In this document: positions 61,149 to 64,000 of the stretch, one piece after another
Numbering within the stretch: position 1 is the stretch's first letter
How the letters are laid out: every line of letters begins with the position of its first letter
Source of the DNA: Eutreptiella sp. 'Long Island Sound 2002'
Lineage: Eukaryota > Protista > Euglenida
Reading direction: 5' to 3'
Assembly (NCBI GenBank): GCA_964036045.1
Contig: OZ038378.1
Location: 37,262,001-37,326,000 of the forward strand
DNA length: 64,000 bases
Notes under the pieces: generated by a model
Told to the model about the DNA's origin: nothing
What the model saw: the letters and a program-made list of their open reading frames with translations, nothing else
Database searches by the model: none
Translations under genes and position numbers: made by a program

Positions 61149-64000
61149 TTACCAATCTTGTCGTTTTTGTATTTCAAAAGCCAACTGGTGCGTGCCTGTT
61201 CGGGAGCTCATTTTCAAAATATGACATTCTGCGGGTCTCCAGTTGCACCTATGTTTGTCCTGCGAAATAAATTGCTTTTTTGTGTACCTGAGTGCGCGAG
61301 GCCTCGCGCACTCAAGGTCATGGAAACAATTGTGTACAGAGGGCAACAAAAACAGGACACGAAGTGCACAACGTACAAACACTGAGATAAAAGCTTGGCA
61401 AAAATGTACAACCCTTTAAGGGCATATAATTGCATTCGCGTCGAAGGCGAGCGCGCGAGCCCTCGCGCACTCATGACTGCAAAAAGAGGCGTAACACTTG
61501 GGTTAATGGTGACTTACTTCTTCTTAGGTCCAGCAACCTTAGCCAACCTGGAACCCAGGCTTCTTGCTGTTGTACTTGTCCCACTTGGAGAGGCAACGGT
61601 ACCTCGAGACGGCAGGGTACCAGAACGCGAGGGCGGCTTGAACTCTGCAGTAGCACTGGCAGCAGTCTTCGCTTTCTTCTTGGACTGTTCCTTACCAGAG
61701 TCGGGGCTGCTTGCATCGAAGTGAGAGGCGGATGCCCGCTTGCGCTTCTGCTGGGTCTCCAGTACTTGCTCCAGATCGTCTTCTTCTGACTCCTCGTCAG
61801 TATCGTCGTCGTCTGATTCCGCGGGCTTGTCCGATTCCTTCTCTTTCCCTTTTGCTTGCTTCTTGGTACTCGAGGGTGTTCCTTTTCCGGCTGCAGTACC
61901 CTGAGTTGGTACAACTTTGGCAGTCTTCTTCATCTTGGCTTGCATTGGCAAGGTAGGTGCAGGCGCACCAGGCTCAGTGTCTTCAGCGGGGGCCTCAGTC
62001 ACGACATCTTGCTGGACGGCTTCTGCAGCATGCACCTGCTGGTGCCCTTCATGCCCTCGTTTGCTGTCCAAAACCCACAGTGGAATGCCACGCTGGAGCC
62101 ACTCTTCTTGAGTATCCCAAGTTGCAGCTGTTGCTCCCTGCTCCGTCTGATCGGCCTCCAGCATGTACCGCATCACGATTGCATGCTGCAGAGCACCTCC
62201 AACGGCATTCCCTAGGTCCTTTTGCTTGATCGTTGACACAGCCAGAAACGCCACTTTAGTTTTGAGGTCAGACATCGCAATCTTTGCGGCCATGGCAGGC
62301 GTGTCGTCCACAACAACCACTGCATCAGGAAGCCCACTGCACAAAACGTATCTGTCCAGGTACCACAGCACGTGAATCAGAGGCATGAAACCGCCGAGGT
62401 TCTTCTCTTGCATCTCTTCGAAATGTCCAGCGGAATACGACACATAGTTCGGCAACTGTAAATGTGATGAATATAGACGAATAACGGAGGCAGCAGTGCG
62501 CGAGGCCTCGCGCACACAACGGCATCGTAACAATCGAAAGAAGCAGATATACCTGCTTATCCCAGCGACTCGTTGTTCCGATCCACATACAGTGCTCGTC
62601 GAACTGATACGTACTGCTGGTCACGGGACCCGATAACCAAGAGTACACCGGCAACCGAACATGGTAGAATGGCACTGTGGTTGGATCCTTGTCCTTCTCC
62701 ATACGCCAGAGCCTCTGCATTTCGCGGCCAATACGGTGCACAACATCAGCCTCGCCATAGAAAATGACGTCTTTCCCCAGCATCATCACATCGAACAGCC
62801 ACTTCGGAACAAATCCTGGAGAGTCGTATTCAATGAAAAGGTCAGCGTTGATGATCCACAACGGGTACTGCAGATCCCGGAAACGGCCTGGCGGTGTCTC
62901 TTCAATATTCTCAATACGGCAGGCTGTCAAAGCGTATTTGATCCCTTGCTCGTCCGACTTGGAGACATTGATCACATCGCCATTACTGAGCTGTGTCTGT
63001 GAAGGTGCCGATGATGGTGCCTCAACCTTCCTTTGCAGTTGTTTCCGCACGGCCAACGTCTGTGGTAATGGAGGTGCGCCCTTGTCCCCAGTGCGCCACA
63101 GAGGTGCAGTGAGCAACGTCTTCCATTTTGGCCAGGGCGACCGAAACTTCGTACTTTTTGCGTCCACCCAATAACCCCAATTTCCAAGCCCAATTTTCAA
63201 TTGCGGCGTGCCCAGTGCTGCGACTTCTGCTCGGATCTTCGCATCGGCAGCTGTACGGATGTGACAAACGTGGTGAAGTGCGCGAGCCCTCGCGCACTGC
63301 AGCTGCGACACTGACGCATACCTGCGGTCTGGTTGACATGCTGCGTATTGTCCGGATGGTCAAGATGGAAAATAACCCATTGTTCCGTAATCTGCGCGTC
63401 AATGTAGTTCTGGGTGGTCTTCAAGGTCGAGTCCTTCAGGTTCATGTGCGCACAGACTTTCTGCAATAGGCTCGGTAGATGCAGCCCCTCCAGCCTCTTG
63501 AAGGCATTCCTTGTAACGTCCTCTTTCTTGCTCTTACTCTCGAGGTTCCTCATACCAGTAACCGCCTCACGGCCGCAGTAATACGCCAGGGAGAAGATGT
63601 CCCTCCAATTCTTGAATGTCGAGTCCTGCGGGGGGAGACAGTGTCATGGAGTGCGCGAGGCCTCGCGCACTGTAACCGTGCGATACACGAATACATACTG
63701 TATGTCCTGCTTCCTCCAAAGCCTCGGGTGCAAGAAACGCAGAGTTGACGGCAGCTTGGACAACAGCAATCTTGAACCTCTCGAAATCTTGTGGCTCTTT
63801 TTCCCGCTTCTGATCCTCAATGTACAACAACATGTTGTCCAGCGCCTCGGACAGCGGAATCCACGTCACAGACTGGCTGCCAGCTTGTTGCAATCCTGCA
63901 ACCTTGGCACGGATCCTCCAAGGCGTTTCGTACTTCAGAATGTCAACGTAGCAAAACTCCTGCCAATCCTCCAATTCTTTGCCTTCTTCGAGACGCTGTT
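61149..64000 (-). CDS. Accessory gene C (5' end outside window), six exons, no internal stops after splicing; homologue of gene B
   Basis: Exons >64000-63699, 63625-63322, 63250-62553, 62455-61518, 61413-61377, 61259-61149; all five GT-AG junctions keep frame. PKWKTLLTAPLW resembles PPWKYVVTAAMW of gene B; ILKYETPWRIRAKVAGLQQ resembles VVRTNVSLHIWESIASTSQ; both have an acidic/Lys-rich tail. Confidence 0.75.
61260..61376 (-). other. GT-AG intron (117 nt, phase 0) containing the perfect 26-bp palindrome C at 61289-61314
   Basis: gtacgt...ttcgcag; frame-preserving, but the flanking frame is also open without splicing. Confidence 0.55.
61414..61517 (-). other. GT-AG intron (104 nt, phase 2) containing palindrome C at 61449-61472
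   Basis: gtaagt...ttaaag; the apparent ORF stop (TAA) lies inside the donor. An alternative acceptor at tttgcag is possible. Confidence 0.6.
62456..62552 (-). other. GT-AG intron (97 nt, phase 0) containing palindrome C at 62496-62515
   Basis: gtatat...ttacag; joins RWDKQ|LPNYVSY. Confidence 0.85.
63251..63321 (-). other. GT-AG intron (71 nt, phase 1) containing palindrome C at 63277-63298
   Basis: gtatgc...gtacag; joins NQTA|AADAKIRA. Confidence 0.85.
63626..63698 (-). other. GT-AG intron (73 nt, phase 0) containing palindrome C at 63650-63671
   Basis: gtatgt...ccgcag; joins EAGHT|DSTFKNW. Confidence 0.85.

Noticed and set aside
1-64000. TnpB/Fanzor, spliced-leader RNA, rRNA or euglenid non-conventional introns
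   Set aside because: No supporting motifs were found by eye; absence is not proven without covariance-model and HMM searches.

Overview
Eukaryotic nuclear DNA, densely packed with nested and decayed transposons. GT-AG introns are present, and an actin fragment has euglenozoan-like residues, so a euglenid-type protist is a tentative guess. No prokaryotic operon, rRNA, tRNA gene or CRISPR-cas locus is supportable. Recognisable TE-derived coding regions: two RAG1/Transib-like DDE transposase remnants (0.7-2.4 kb, 35.3-36.0 kb); two related DDE transposases with a DN..D..GxWH..E pattern (5.9-8.0 kb minus, 22.8-25.0 kb plus); a P-element/THAP9-like transposase (12.6-14.8 kb); a pogo/Tc5 DDE_1 transposase (54.6-56.2 kb); and two 5'-truncated non-LTR retroelements (zf-RVT at 14.8-17.1 kb, RNase H at 46.5-47.9 kb). 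The clearest intact structure is a 13.2-kb element (17221-30399) with about 0.9-1 kb TIRs and a 4.1-kb foldback inserted in its left TIR. The most notable pattern is three apparently homologous accessory genes (9.6-11.6, 25.7-28.7 and 61.1->64 kb) with ParB-like and degenerate DNA-methyltransferase-like features. Each sits in a region marked by many copies of its own 18-26 bp palindrome. In the third gene, all five reconstructed frame-preserving introns each carry one copy of that palindrome. All domain calls are by eye from motifs; no database search was run.
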